A DNA stretch of 64,000 bases, from sequence record MZ444140.1. One strand, given 5' to 3'. How positions within the stretch are numbered: the first letter of the stretch is position 1; the number at the start of each line of letters is the position of its first letter. The notes beneath the pieces were generated by a model. The model had not been told where the DNA came from, did no database searches, and saw nothing but the letters and a program-made list of their open reading frames with translations. This document shows, piece after piece, positions 11,688 through 21,029 of the stretch. The translations under genes were made by a program, and so were the position numbers.

Positions 11688-12555
11688 CTATGCTATTTAA
11701 AATCTTTTTAGCTTCATTTTCCATAATAGATCGTTCAATATTGTTAGATGTGAAATCATCTATAATACCCATTACCGTTCTACTAATTTCATTCTGTTCA
11801 GTATTTGAAATTAATACCAATCCGACAATTTCTTTAGCAACTTCAATAGGCGTCATAGCATCTAATGGGCCAAATGAAATTTGTAATAGGTCATCAATAT
11901 TCCTTTTACCAACACGTAATCCTGCATTAACTAGTTCCATAGCTAACTTAAATGATGCGCGCGTATGAATACGAATAAGGCGATTAATTAAATTAATCCG
12001 TTCAACATTACTTACATTGCCATATGCTTGACCACGGGTAGTAAGTACTGACTGAATAAATGATGTAATATTACTAATAAGTGTTGGCGATACACTTTCA
12101 ATTAAGTCAATGATATTTAAGAAATCTACACTTGTATCAATAAGTTCTACCAGATGCGCTAATGTCTCTTCGGGTGAATATTCAGCTAACAGAATATCAT
12201 TCACTTCATCTGGAATAATGTAATCTTCTAAACTAAGGAGTGTATTAACAACAGCTTGCCGCTCAGCCTGAGTTGCTTCATCACTAATTTTAATAAGATG
12301 CTCATTTAGAATTTCATCTTGTGCAATGCGAATGATATCATCAATGCGAGAAAGAAGCATTGCATTATCTGAGATACCTGATTGAATCTGACATACTGTA
12401 TTTAGTTCATCTAGAGCTGCAACATAATTAATCTTTTCAAAAGATGCTACGCAGTCTAGGATAACTTCTTTACGCTCTTCATGTATAAGAGGCGTAAGAT
12501 AACTATCAATGAAATCTTTCATGACGATATCCTTTTTATACGGAATTATTAACAT
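11665..12555 (-). CDS. Conserved helical hypothetical / virion protein (gp79-like)
   Basis: 296 aa ORF coupled to the gp80-like gene; synteny. Confidence 0.6.
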   Translation of the reverse strand: MLIIPYKKDIVMKDFIDSYLTPLIHEERKEVILDCVASFEKINYVAALDELNTVCQIQSGISDNAMLLSRIDDIIRIAQDEILNEHLIKISDEATQAERQAVVNTLLSLEDYIIPDEVNDILLAEYSPEETLAHLVELIDTSVDFLNIIDLIESVSPTLISNITSFIQSVLTTRGQAYGNVSNVERINLINRLIRIHTRASFKLAMELVNAGLRVGKRNIDDLLQISFGPLDAMTPIEVAKEIVGLVLISNTEQNEISRTVMGIIDDFTSNNIERSIMENEAKKILNSIGDTNEIT

Positions 12556-12692
12556 AGGGTTGGACAGATAGTTATTCTTTAATATAGTGTAAAATTACCA
12601 AATGTGTTAAATATATGTTGAACTAATCATTTTTTCATTTGTCAATTTATATTGGCAAATATTAAATTAAGCCTCTATCGGAGTATAACAAG

Positions 12693-13187
12693 ATGTCAAA
12701 TAAAGCTAAAGAACCAACTCTAACTAAAGAACAGGAAAAGACTCTATGTCTATTTGAACGTGCAGTTGGAGCATCAGCTGCCGCAGCTGATCATATTCTT
12801 AACCGTGATGGTTGGGATGTTGTCAATGTACTAGCAGGTTCCGTAGGTAAACGTATTCTACAAACTGAAGTATTCATTAATCCAGTTATCAATAAGATCA
12901 ATGAAATCATTCCGACGTTATCTGATCCTACTGGATTCCAAAAGAACCTACAAACAGTTATTGCTGACCTTAATCGACTAACTAAAATTATCAGTGTCCT
13001 ATATGCACAACATCAAGGTAAGGCTGGTCCAGCAAATAATGAAGATGAACTAAAACTCATCAGTGAACTTGTTACTAAATACACTGGTATTGAAGGTGCT
13101 ATTGAACGCGGTATTGATGGTGTAATCCTAGCGATGATCGGCACTCTTCGAGAAGCTGGTTGGGACGAAAAACTAATTCAACAATAA
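12693..13187 (+). CDS. Hypothetical protein (gp78-like)
   Basis: 164 aa ORF, ggag upstream; first gene of a divergent + strand unit. Confidence 0.7.
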   Translation: MSNKAKEPTLTKEQEKTLCLFERAVGASAAAADHILNRDGWDVVNVLAGSVGKRILQTEVFINPVINKINEIIPTLSDPTGFQKNLQTVIADLNRLTKIISVLYAQHQGKAGPANNEDELKLISELVTKYTGIEGAIERGIDGVILAMIGTLREAGWDEKLIQQ

Positions 13188-13198
13188 TGGAGTTTTAA

Positions 13199-14800
13199 AT
13201 GGCTACTGCTGACTTCGATAATGAGTACGATGATACTCCAGAAGAGAATTTACTAGATCAAATTGATGAGATCAATGCGCAACACGATCCTGACTCTAGT
13301 ATTGAAAATAATGACGAGGTGGAAACTCCACCTTTCGTTCCTGATCAAAAAGAAATTAAACTACGTATTCCACGTAATGCTAAGACTGGAAATATCCGGG
13401 ATGCTTCTGAACCGGCTATTAAAGATAGTGCTAGCATTCTTACTTTACTACGTGAGAATCCCCAGACTGTTTATAATTTCCTGGATCACAATAAAGAACT
13501 ATTTAAAGCATTTGCTGATAATAAAGTAGATGACACTAGTGACGGTGTAAAGTGGACAGCTGCTATTCTGGAAGGCTTAGCTCACTCTATTGTTGAAGAT
13601 GCACCAATCGGTGCAACTGCCCGAGAAGGTTCTGAATGGTCTAGTGAAATTCCTTATGGTGAAAAGATCATTCGACCTGGCCGACCTGTATTTAATACCA
13701 ATGGTCGTAAAATGACCGATGATGAAACTCTAGTTTTCCTAACACGTAAAGCTAACATCGGTACGCCATATGATACTTTCCTACCTCATTCAGGTATTTG
13801 GGTAAAACTACGTGCACCTACTGGTACTGAAGTAGCTGCCCTACAAGCACGTCTAGCACAATTAAAGATCCGGCTAGGCGCTGAATCAAAAGGTATGCTG
13901 TTCTCAAACATGGCAGCTGTGTTACTTAACATGGTTAGTAGTTTAGCACTTGCATGTGTTATTCAATCCAACTATAAGTTCAACACCCCAACTGATCTAG
14001 AGCATGTTATCTCAGTAGCTGATGAGCCGTTCTTGCATCACGCACTAGCGGCGACTATGTATCCAGATGGATTTAATTATAGTTATCCATGCATTGCAGA
14101 TGCCAATACATGTAACCATATTGAAACAGCGAAACTTAATATGTCAACGCTTGTTCAATATGATCTACTGGCATTCTCAGAAGAACAAAAGAAATATATT
14201 GCACGTAAGTTTAATGCATGTACTGAATCTGATCTTAAGACTTATAAAGAAGGATTCCGTATTGAAACTCAAGTAACTGAAATGTTTGGTGACGTTGGTG
14301 TTGTTCTTGAGATGTGTACAATTGCTGATCGCCGAGAGTCTGGTGATAGTTGGATTAACTCAATTATCGATATGACTCAAGGTAGTTTTAATGAACCAGT
14401 CGATGGTCCGCAACGTTCTCAGTATATTGCACGTTTACAAAAGATCTCTATTGCCCGTCAGTTCTCACATTTTGTTAAAGAAATTAAAGTACGTGAAGAT
14501 GACGATGGTGAAAGTTCTGAAGACAATATTCGTACTGCAACCACTAATCGTGAAACTATTGAAAAGTTCTTAACTAATATTCTATCCACACCGGAATATA
14601 ATGACCGCTTTATTAATGCGGTGAGTAACTTCATTGATTCACAACTAATTGGAATGATTGCAATTACAAGTTGGAATTGTCCAGTATGTGAGTCACCTGC
14701 TGCTACTAAATTTAAAGAACGTTTCCCACACTTAATCCCTATTGACATGCTGTCAACTTTTTTTACTTTGGCGGCCTCGAAGTCAAACCGGATGGTGTAG
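13199..14800 (+). CDS. Putative tail/baseplate assembly chaperone (gp77-like; T4 gp26/G-type)
   Basis: 533 aa, acidic disordered N-terminus, Cys pairs YPC...TCNH and WNCPVCE near the C-terminus as in gp26-like chaperones. Function is inferred. Confidence 0.55.
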   Translation: MATADFDNEYDDTPEENLLDQIDEINAQHDPDSSIENNDEVETPPFVPDQKEIKLRIPRNAKTGNIRDASEPAIKDSASILTLLRENPQTVYNFLDHNKELFKAFADNKVDDTSDGVKWTAAILEGLAHSIVEDAPIGATAREGSEWSSEIPYGEKIIRPGRPVFNTNGRKMTDDETLVFLTRKANIGTPYDTFLPHSGIWVKLRAPTGTEVAALQARLAQLKIRLGAESKGMLFSNMAAVLLNMVSSLALACVIQSNYKFNTPTDLEHVISVADEPFLHHALAATMYPDGFNYSYPCIADANTCNHIETAKLNMSTLVQYDLLAFSEEQKKYIARKFNACTESDLKTYKEGFRIETQVTEMFGDVGVVLEMCTIADRRESGDSWINSIIDMTQGSFNEPVDGPQRSQYIARLQKISIARQFSHFVKEIKVREDDDGESSEDNIRTATTNRETIEKFLTNILSTPEYNDRFINAVSNFIDSQLIGMIAITSWNCPVCESPAATKFKERFPHLIPIDMLSTFFTLAASKSNRMV

Positions 14801-14832
14801 TTAATGATCTGAGATATAGTCGTCTTGAGGCC
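14758..14832 (+). promoter_or_regulatory. Candidate -1 programmed ribosomal frameshift signal
   Basis: T TTT TTT heptamer at 14758-14764 in phase with the gp77-like frame; 8-bp stem (14773-14780 with 14825-14832) starts 8 nt downstream; the -1 frame is open to 15261. Confidence 0.6.
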
Positions 14833-15261
14833 ACTTTCAAGGAAGATAGTGGTCACATCCTACATCCAAACTTTGGTTATGATAAGTTAACTGAAGATGA
14901 TACACACTTAGATAGACTATTATCGACAGTAGGGGCAGTAAGACCGTCTACAGCAGCACGTTTAACAAGAGAAGCATATCTACTTGATTACGATATCGGT
15001 TCACCAGAAAACGGACCCATGTGGTTAAATAAGGTAAATCCTAAAGAGGACTTTATCGAAGGTGGGTTGAGAAGGAGACTGACTAGAGATTTCTTCAAGT
15101 ATAAAGTAGGTAGCTTATCTAATATGTCATTAACTGAATTCTTTGAATTAGCTTATTCTGAGGTAGAATACATAATTGAATTATGTAGAAATATTACCCA
15201 TAATGAAGCTGTTAATAACAATAACCAGTTAAATGAATTAAACAAGCCGTTAACTAAATAA
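14764..15261 (+). CDS. -1 frame extension of the gp77-like protein (gp76-like; T4 gp51/T-type segment)
   Basis: Frame is open from 14746 to 15261 with no ATG/GTG/TTG before 15019; C-terminal SLTEFFELAYSEVEYIIEL resembles the T/gp51 helix motif. Confidence 0.6.
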   Translation, partial: YFGGLEVKPDGVVNDLRYSRLEATFKEDSGHILHPNFGYDKLTEDDTHLDRLLSTVGAVRPSTAARLTREAYLLDYDIGSPENGPMWLNKVNPKEDFIEGGLRRRLTRDFFKYKVGSLSNMSLTEFFELAYSEVEYIIELCRNITHNEAVNNNNQLNELNKPLTK

Positions 15262-15272
15262 AAAAAATAAAG

Positions 15273-15306
15273 ACAGGCCCCTCTCCATGTGGAGAGGGGT
15301 TTATGT
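15273..15306. terminator. Bidirectional palindrome, TATG family
   Basis: acaggcccctctccatgtggagaggggtttatgt with A-tract on the left. Confidence 0.75.
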
Positions 15307-15310
15307 CGCC

Positions 15311-15454
15311 TTACTTACGTGCAAAGCTAGCTACAAGACCTTTGATAGCTAGAGCGACCATCCAGGCCGTTAACCCCTTCATTGGGCGGATATCAACCCG
15401 TTCTTCGATATCCAGATTGCCCTCACTATTGATTACCTCAATTCGTACTTGCAT
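15311..15454 (-). CDS. 47-aa small protein missed by the ORF track
   Basis: TAAGGAG SD followed by MQVRIEVINSEGNLDIEERVDIRPMKGLTAWMVALAIKGLVASFARK; ends at a terminator. Confidence 0.7.
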   Translation of the reverse strand: MQVRIEVINSEGNLDIEERVDIRPMKGLTAWMVALAIKGLVASFARK

Positions 15455-15549
15455 GGTCTACTCCTTATCAGGGTGGGATATGATATTCAAAAGTCTTTTG
15501 ATATAAAGATGGCATATTACCCCACCAATAAAAGGCGGGGTAATATTTA

Positions 15550-15744
15550 TTAAACCATCAGATATCCTAATGGGAATAAAGCAAAGAAGCCATATAAAAC
15601 AACAAGCAGTGTCTTTTGGCGAACATACCGGGATTTAATACTATCTTTATCTAAGTCAAACTTGACATAAAGATAAATCTGATAACTTTTATATCCCATA
15701 CTAGCCACAAGGGCTATTACTATAAGTTGACACAAAAAGACCAT
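15550..15744 (-). CDS. Small two-TM membrane protein
   Basis: 64 aa, two hydrophobic stretches. Confidence 0.6.
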   Translation of the reverse strand: MVFLCQLIVIALVASMGYKSYQIYLYVKFDLDKDSIKSRYVRQKTLLVVLYGFFALFPLGYLMV

Positions 15745-15799
15745 AGTGGGATGCTCTTATTATTAGAGAACAATGATCAATTGTTCTTACATAGCATGT

Positions 15800-15991
15800 C
15801 TATTTAATATGCATGATTATCATATTAAATAACCACAACCCTAACATAAGGGTAAACATACTGCAAATCAAGCCACTTACAATCATTGCTTTTTGTTTGA
15901 TTGTTTTAGCAGCAGCAAGAAATATAATTGAAGTTATTAATCCACTAAATGCAATTAATAGTGGTACTAAAAATAACAATACCCGAGCCAT
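15800..15991 (-). CDS. Small two-TM membrane protein
   Basis: 63 aa, two hydrophobic stretches, GAGGTG SD. Confidence 0.65.
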   Translation of the reverse strand: MARVLLFLVPLLIAFSGLITSIIFLAAAKTIKQKAMIVSGLICSMFTLMLGLWLFNMIIMHIK

Positions 15992-16003
15992 ATAGACACC
16001 TCA

Positions 16004-16276
16004 TCAAAATAGATAAGTTGTACATGTCAGTGAATAGTTAGTCCAGCAACTAACAATAGTACTTACCCATATGGTAACTAATACAATGCTTACGGAGAGA
16101 AAAAGCATAGCGTACTGGCATGCACTTTTATTAAAGATATCTTTAAACTCAAGATATGTTTTAATAATAAATATCAGCATGCATGTTAGAAGAATATCAA
16201 CTAAGATCAAAGTACTGACTAGAAGCCATGTTGCACCAAAGATCTGATCAACTGTATACATTATTTCCACTCCCAT
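16004..16276 (-). CDS. Small two-TM membrane protein
   Basis: About 84-90 aa, two hydrophobic stretches; GGAG before MYTVDQ. Confidence 0.65.
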   Translation of the reverse strand: MGVEIMYTVDQIFGATWLLVSTLILVDILLTCMLIFIIKTYLEFKDIFNKSACQYAMLFLSVSIVLVTIWVSTIVSCWTNYSLTCTTYLF

Positions 16277-16355
16277 AGTTTATAAGCTATAACTACAATT
16301 GTAATCATAATCAATTTTTTCTTCATTGTAAATACCCTATAGTTTTATCACATTT

Positions 16356-16380
16356 GTGATATACTGTTTAAAATGCTTTA
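16356..16380 (-). promoter_or_regulatory. Early (vRNAP) promoter-like motif
   Basis: TATATCAC with AT-rich upstream on the minus strand; weaker match to the consensus. Confidence 0.4.
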
Positions 16381-16401
16381 AATACAAAAAATAAAAAAAA
16401 G

Positions 16402-16437
16402 CATAATCCCTCCCAACTAAGGGAGGGATCATTTATG
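16402..16437. terminator. Palindrome, CATA/TATG family
   Basis: cataatccctcccaactaagggagggatcatttatg after the helicase stop, followed by a long U-tract on the minus strand. Confidence 0.75.
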
Positions 16438-16444
16438 CCATTTA

Positions 16445-17983
16445 CTATAAACGCATCATGCGCATACTTTTAGTTTTACCCATGAAATGATTTTCTTTAT
16501 TTCTAGCGTATCTGCAATGATGAGGTATGTTATTACAAACCATGAATGTTAACCTTGGTATTACATCAGGCCAGTTCTTCAATGGTCTTAGTCGTCCAAG
16601 AATTTGGATGCTGTCCTTTTTAGAGTCAGTTGCTTGTAATAGAATAACTTCCCTTAAATTCCTAATATCAACACCAGTACCAGATGATTTAATAGTTGAT
16701 ACAGTGATATCATTAGTCATTAATCTATCATACGGACTACCCGAAACATGTCTATTAATCTGAAGATCTGGATATTGTTTCTTAAGATAAGCTGTCAGTA
16801 CATCGATAAAGTTTACAGTCGCGCATAATAGCAAACATTTCTGACCTTCAATACGATCCTTTATATAAACGCCATCTACAATACGTTTAACCATCTTTAA
16901 ATAGAAGTCTAGTCGCCTAGGATTCTTCATCATTACTGTTTCATAACGAGCATGGTTATATGTATTTTTAAATGGAGTTAAATAGTCCTTAGGTTTAATA
17001 GTTGGTTCACTATATAACAAGCCAATAACATTGATGTATGAGTCATATGCAGGTAACCTACACTTTGTAGTGGCAGGTAGCATGACATCAATCATTTTAG
17101 TAACAAACTGATTACCAGTGTATGGAGTAGCTGATAAATAGATTTGTTTATTGACATTGGTATATAGATCAGTACGAAATACTAATCCTGGATCTTCTTG
17201 AATCTCATCATTGATCTGCCAACCTGCTCCAATAACCTCATGGAATCTAGGTGGTGGTACATTAAATCCAACTACATCGATTTTTTCACCTAATCGTTCA
17301 AAAGTATCGATATATGCACGGTATGTTGTAGAACTAATGAGAATAATTTCAACACCCTCTAAATCATTCTCTAGTCCGCGATTAATTAGATTCTGTAACT
17401 CAGCAGATCCAGATACTTTTAAATATTTTATACCTAGCTGATCTTCATAACCAACAAATGTTTCTTTTAATGCTTTCTCCCAAATACCGAAATATTTAGG
17501 TGGAATCATAACAACACCACGTTCTTTCATTACTGCAACTGAAGCTAAACTAGTTAAGGTTTTACCTTTACCAGTCTGTAAATCAACACGTGCTGAATGT
17601 AAATGTGGTCTTAGAATATCTTCGCGGATGGTTTCCTGATAATCCCTTAGAACATAATGTTCAAATAAAGTATAGTCTACTTTAACAGCTGTTGGTACAG
17701 GAATATCTACAATTTCAATTCTAGTAGATGGTATATTCTTATCGGCTAGATAATTAATAAGTTCTTGAAGACATTCACGATGGATGAATACAGATTTACC
17801 ATCTTCTGTTTCACCATAATATTTTTTCTTTATTTCCATTATGGTGCGTTGACCAGGTATCTTCTTAGGTTCTTTTAAAACCAGTTTATTAAGATATCCA
17901 GTCATCTTTAAGTATGTTTCCCGATCGTAACCGGATAAACGAACACCATGGGTGTATCGTTCTGCTGTAAGAATCGGTTTCAT
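16445..17983 (-). CDS. Superfamily 2 DNA helicase (gp75-like, UvsW-related)
   Basis: Walker A DLQTGKGKT, motif II NDEIQE, III LSAT, V SSGTGVDI, VI QILGRLR; probable start MKPILT at 17983. Confidence 0.9.
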   Translation of the reverse strand: MKPILTAERYTHGVRLSGYDRETYLKMTGYLNKLVLKEPKKIPGQRTIMEIKKKYYGETEDGKSVFIHRECLQELINYLADKNIPSTRIEIVDIPVPTAVKVDYTLFEHYVLRDYQETIREDILRPHLHSARVDLQTGKGKTLTSLASVAVMKERGVVMIPPKYFGIWEKALKETFVGYEDQLGIKYLKVSGSAELQNLINRGLENDLEGVEIILISSTTYRAYIDTFERLGEKIDVVGFNVPPPRFHEVIGAGWQINDEIQEDPGLVFRTDLYTNVNKQIYLSATPYTGNQFVTKMIDVMLPATTKCRLPAYDSYINVIGLLYSEPTIKPKDYLTPFKNTYNHARYETVMMKNPRRLDFYLKMVKRIVDGVYIKDRIEGQKCLLLCATVNFIDVLTAYLKKQYPDLQINRHVSGSPYDRLMTNDITVSTIKSSGTGVDIRNLREVILLQATDSKKDSIQILGRLRPLKNWPDVIPRLTFMVCNNIPHHCRYARNKENHFMGKTKSMRMMRL

Positions 17984-18004
17984 AAAAAAATCAACGATCG
18001 GTAA

Positions 18005-18021
18005 GGGGAGCAGTGCTCCCC
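18005..18021. terminator. GC hairpin between nvRNAP beta-prime C and the helicase
   Basis: ggggagc-agt-gctcccc; no adjacent U-tract. Confidence 0.45.
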
Positions 18022-18041
18022 AAACCTCACGTCCTCCACGT

Positions 18042-20075
18042 CTATCGCAGTTTACCACCTTTAACTAGTAAGTCATATGGATGGTCATTCCTCATCTTGT
18101 TAAGGAAACTGCCTGGGTTATTTAGTGGCTCATGCTGCTTTTCGAAAGCCATCGCACCACCTAAACTACGACATTGCATTAGCCTATTATATTTTTCAAA
18201 TTGGCCATTAATACCGGGTTTAGGTAAGCGATAGTCTCGATATTGAGCTGAACGGATCATCATAGCGTATATCAAGATCTCACAATGGGAAATATTAAGG
18301 CTAATCTTTTCATTAGCCATTGTTGCAAATACAGGTAGTGCTTCAATTGGTGACTTGTAGTTTTTAAGATACGTTTTAGACGTATATCCAACTTTCTCAG
18401 TGCTTAGTTTACCTGCCTCGGCTGAGTCACTACCGGAATGTAAGAAACTTTGGAATCGTTTCATTACTTCATACATGTTTACGTGCTTATTTGGTAGCGT
18501 TAAGAATGGTAGGTTAAAATCAAAACCACGAAGACTAATGACGATATTGTCTCGCTGATCTAGTTCCCAACGGACCATCTTAATATGCTTTAGCATTTCA
18601 ATAGATAGACTAGCCCTACGGTTATACAGCGACACAGTCAGAACATCACCACATTCACCATTCACCTCATCATCATAGACTAGGGCCAGGCTGGTTAGTT
18701 CAGTAGCTGAAGTAGCTGGATATGCAGTAAGGTCATCAATCATTAAAATGTCAGCAAGGTTTTCTGCCTCTGACCGTGCGATTACTAAACGATAATCCTT
18801 CTGAGTAAGTTCTTTCTTTAGATATAGTGTCTCTGGGATTTCACCTGTTCTTAAATAATTACTTTCAATTTTGCCAAGTTTATATTGTTCTACAGCAGAA
18901 GACGCATCGGTGTGTTTAGTAGACAATACTGCTGAAGTAATTTTGTCACCCATCGATACGGCAGCAACCTGACCGATATTAGTTCCTTTTGGAATATTGA
19001 TACCTAGTCGGCCATAACAAGTCATACAGATACCCTGACTATCTGGATGATTACATCCAAATACAGACCTGAATTTCTGTTTAGTTCCAATTAGGTGTGT
19101 TTCATTTCCACGGATCCAGTCTAGTTTACCATCTTCTTTTTGATAATATTTTCCTTTGAATGCTTTTAAAGTTAACTTAGTTACAGGATACTCAGCTAAG
19201 ATTGTGGTCTTACAATCACCAGGATGTAGCCTTTGGACATATTGTGCAATAAGCTGAGATTTCCGGTTAAAGTATTCAGTTACTCGCAGTAGTTCTTTGT
19301 TATATAGTAGCGCTTTAGTACCTGAACGAGATTCAATCATATTCTCATACAGATTCCAAATACCATCAATATAACCAGTTGTTACCGGATATTTAAAGAT
19401 ATCTGAGTTAATGTCAGTTGGAAAGCCCCGCCAAGCAAATGCTTGTAGAAGCTGTTCAGTTTTCTGAGTACCAGAACGAAGACCTTCAATGATGCTGTTA
19501 CCAATGAATTGGGTAGGATCATTAAATACTTCTTTGACTTTACCATAACTAATTTTTTCGATACCATAAGTAGTTGGTTCGATATTATGGTTAGCCTCAC
19601 GTACCTTGGGATGATTATATACTTCAGCAATATCAAACATCGACAAGGTTGCTAGATATTCAGACAGTTTCACAGTGGTCTGATTATACAGCCAGTTCTT
19701 ACCTTCAATAGCCAGTTTAGATAGTACTTCAGGATCTACTGTTTCACCTGACCAATCATAGATGTTCCAAATAGCCTTATTTAAATGCTTAACCATGGCC
19801 TTAGATGTTACTCGGCCACCTTCAACATTTAGATAATCTTTAGGGTTATCAGTTAAGATGCGATTGAAATCGATATGGTGATCAGATGGAATTGGGCAAT
19901 CTTTATAATGTTTAAGAGGATACCAACACAGAACGGATAATTTGGTAATACGGTCAACTGACACAACCGTTTTACCATCATCAAATTCGATTAGATGCCA
20001 TTCTGAAGGGAGTGACCATAAATCATCATAACTTAGATTTAGAAGATCACGCGCTTTATAACGATTAAGATTCAT
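18042..20075 (-). CDS. rpoC: Non-virion RNA polymerase beta-prime C-terminal subunit (gp74-like)
   Basis: SGTQK/QAFAWRG, ESRSGTKAL, Zn motif CNHPDSQGICMTCYG, GQVAAVSMGDKITSAVLSTKH (trigger loop). Confidence 0.9.
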   Translation of the reverse strand: MNLNRYKARDLLNLSYDDLWSLPSEWHLIEFDDGKTVVSVDRITKLSVLCWYPLKHYKDCPIPSDHHIDFNRILTDNPKDYLNVEGGRVTSKAMVKHLNKAIWNIYDWSGETVDPEVLSKLAIEGKNWLYNQTTVKLSEYLATLSMFDIAEVYNHPKVREANHNIEPTTYGIEKISYGKVKEVFNDPTQFIGNSIIEGLRSGTQKTEQLLQAFAWRGFPTDINSDIFKYPVTTGYIDGIWNLYENMIESRSGTKALLYNKELLRVTEYFNRKSQLIAQYVQRLHPGDCKTTILAEYPVTKLTLKAFKGKYYQKEDGKLDWIRGNETHLIGTKQKFRSVFGCNHPDSQGICMTCYGRLGINIPKGTNIGQVAAVSMGDKITSAVLSTKHTDASSAVEQYKLGKIESNYLRTGEIPETLYLKKELTQKDYRLVIARSEAENLADILMIDDLTAYPATSATELTSLALVYDDEVNGECGDVLTVSLYNRRASLSIEMLKHIKMVRWELDQRDNIVISLRGFDFNLPFLTLPNKHVNMYEVMKRFQSFLHSGSDSAEAGKLSTEKVGYTSKTYLKNYKSPIEALPVFATMANEKISLNISHCEILIYAMMIRSAQYRDYRLPKPGINGQFEKYNRLMQCRSLGGAMAFEKQHEPLNNPGSFLNKMRNDHPYDLLVKGGKLR

Positions 20076-20098
20076 TATTTACCTCTTGTATTATTAAA

Positions 20099-20119
20099 CC
20101 CCTGATCAATGATCAGGGG
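20099..20119 (-). terminator. Hairpin overlapping the nvRNAP beta stop codon
   Basis: cccctgatc-aat-gatcagggg, 9-bp perfect stem followed by UUUAAU on the minus strand. Confidence 0.5.
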
Positions 20120-21029
20120 CATATTCTAATGCAATACCACTACATTCAAGCAGGTGATCAAACATAGCTACTGGGCGAGATCCACCAAATGGAATCTTTT
20201 CACGATCAACTGCAACTGGTACAGATGAAGGTTTTTCTGCTGTTAGCCAAGACTCGATAACCGCAGCATGCGCCAATGGGTTATTAGTTTGGTCTAAGAT
20301 TTCAGCAGTCGGACCTGGACCAACTGTACAGTTATATGACCGAGTTTCAGATTCACCGAATGACCGGATAGCTGTTTCTCGACCAGGTGTGCTAGCCCTA
20401 TCAGCATTGTTTAACTTAGAAGGTAGACCAAATGGTTGTGTTTTTACAGATGCTGCTGCTGACCAGTCTTCACCAATCTTTTCTAGTAGCATCATGTAAA
20501 GTGGACCCATTAAGACATTATCTTTAGTTGTTACCCACTTACCAGCTTGATCTCGATAAGATACCTTCCCATAGTGTGGTCGATACTTATCGCTATTAAT
20601 TAATTTGTTGACTGCTGCCATTAGATCCACTGGATCATCAACTGGTGCGTAGATATATGGGAATCCATCCATTAGTACTGTTTTAACATGTTCTGCTGGA
20701 TTTGGGTGTTCCATCATTTTACTATGCATTGTTGGAGCAATGATCTCATAGAAACCTAATAGTTCTTTAAATGCATAATCAACCCATTGCGTATTACCCA
20801 TTACACTATTTAGTTGTTGCTGGGTTGGTTTGGCATGTCGATCTAGTCCAGCTTCAACGCGTAGGCGTTGAGCTAGATCTCGTGCAGCTGCGCCAAAACC
20901 ATGTTCATAAATTCGACCATAATTTGAACGACGCATGGTTGAACCACCAAAGATAATTAGATCTGCCCTATTACCATTTTCGTCAATAGGCATATCTTCA
21001 TCTTCCATTACCTTACAGATGACGCCCTT
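20106..21029 (-). CDS. rpoB: Non-virion RNAP beta C-terminal subunit, exon 2 (gp73-like)
   Basis: Begins KGVICKVMEDEDMP..ADLI; contains MGPLYMMLLEK and RSFGESETR (RpoB RFGEME-like). Confidence 0.9.
   Translation of the reverse strand, partial: KGVICKVMEDEDMPIDENGNRADLIIFGGSTMRRSNYGRIYEHGFGAAARDLAQRLRVEAGLDRHAKPTQQQLNSVMGNTQWVDYAFKELLGFYEIIAPTMHSKMMEHPNPAEHVKTVLMDGFPYIYAPVDDPVDLMAAVNKLINSDKYRPHYGKVSYRDQAGKWVTTKDNVLMGPLYMMLLEKIGEDWSAAASVKTQPFGLPSKLNNADRASTPGRETAIRSFGESETRSYNCTVGPGPTAEILDQTNNPLAHAAVIESWLTAEKPSSVPVAVDREKIPFGGSRPVAMFDHLLECSGIALEYAPDH

Noticed and set aside
15303-15506. 67-aa + strand ORF from the track
   Set aside because: It is the antisense shadow of the 47-aa minus-strand gene that has a perfect SD.
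17984-18058. N-terminal extension of the helicase, or an RNAP-helicase frameshift fusion
   Set aside because: The extension spans a GC hairpin, has no slippery site at the overlap, and does not look protein-like; the ATG at 17983 is more plausible.
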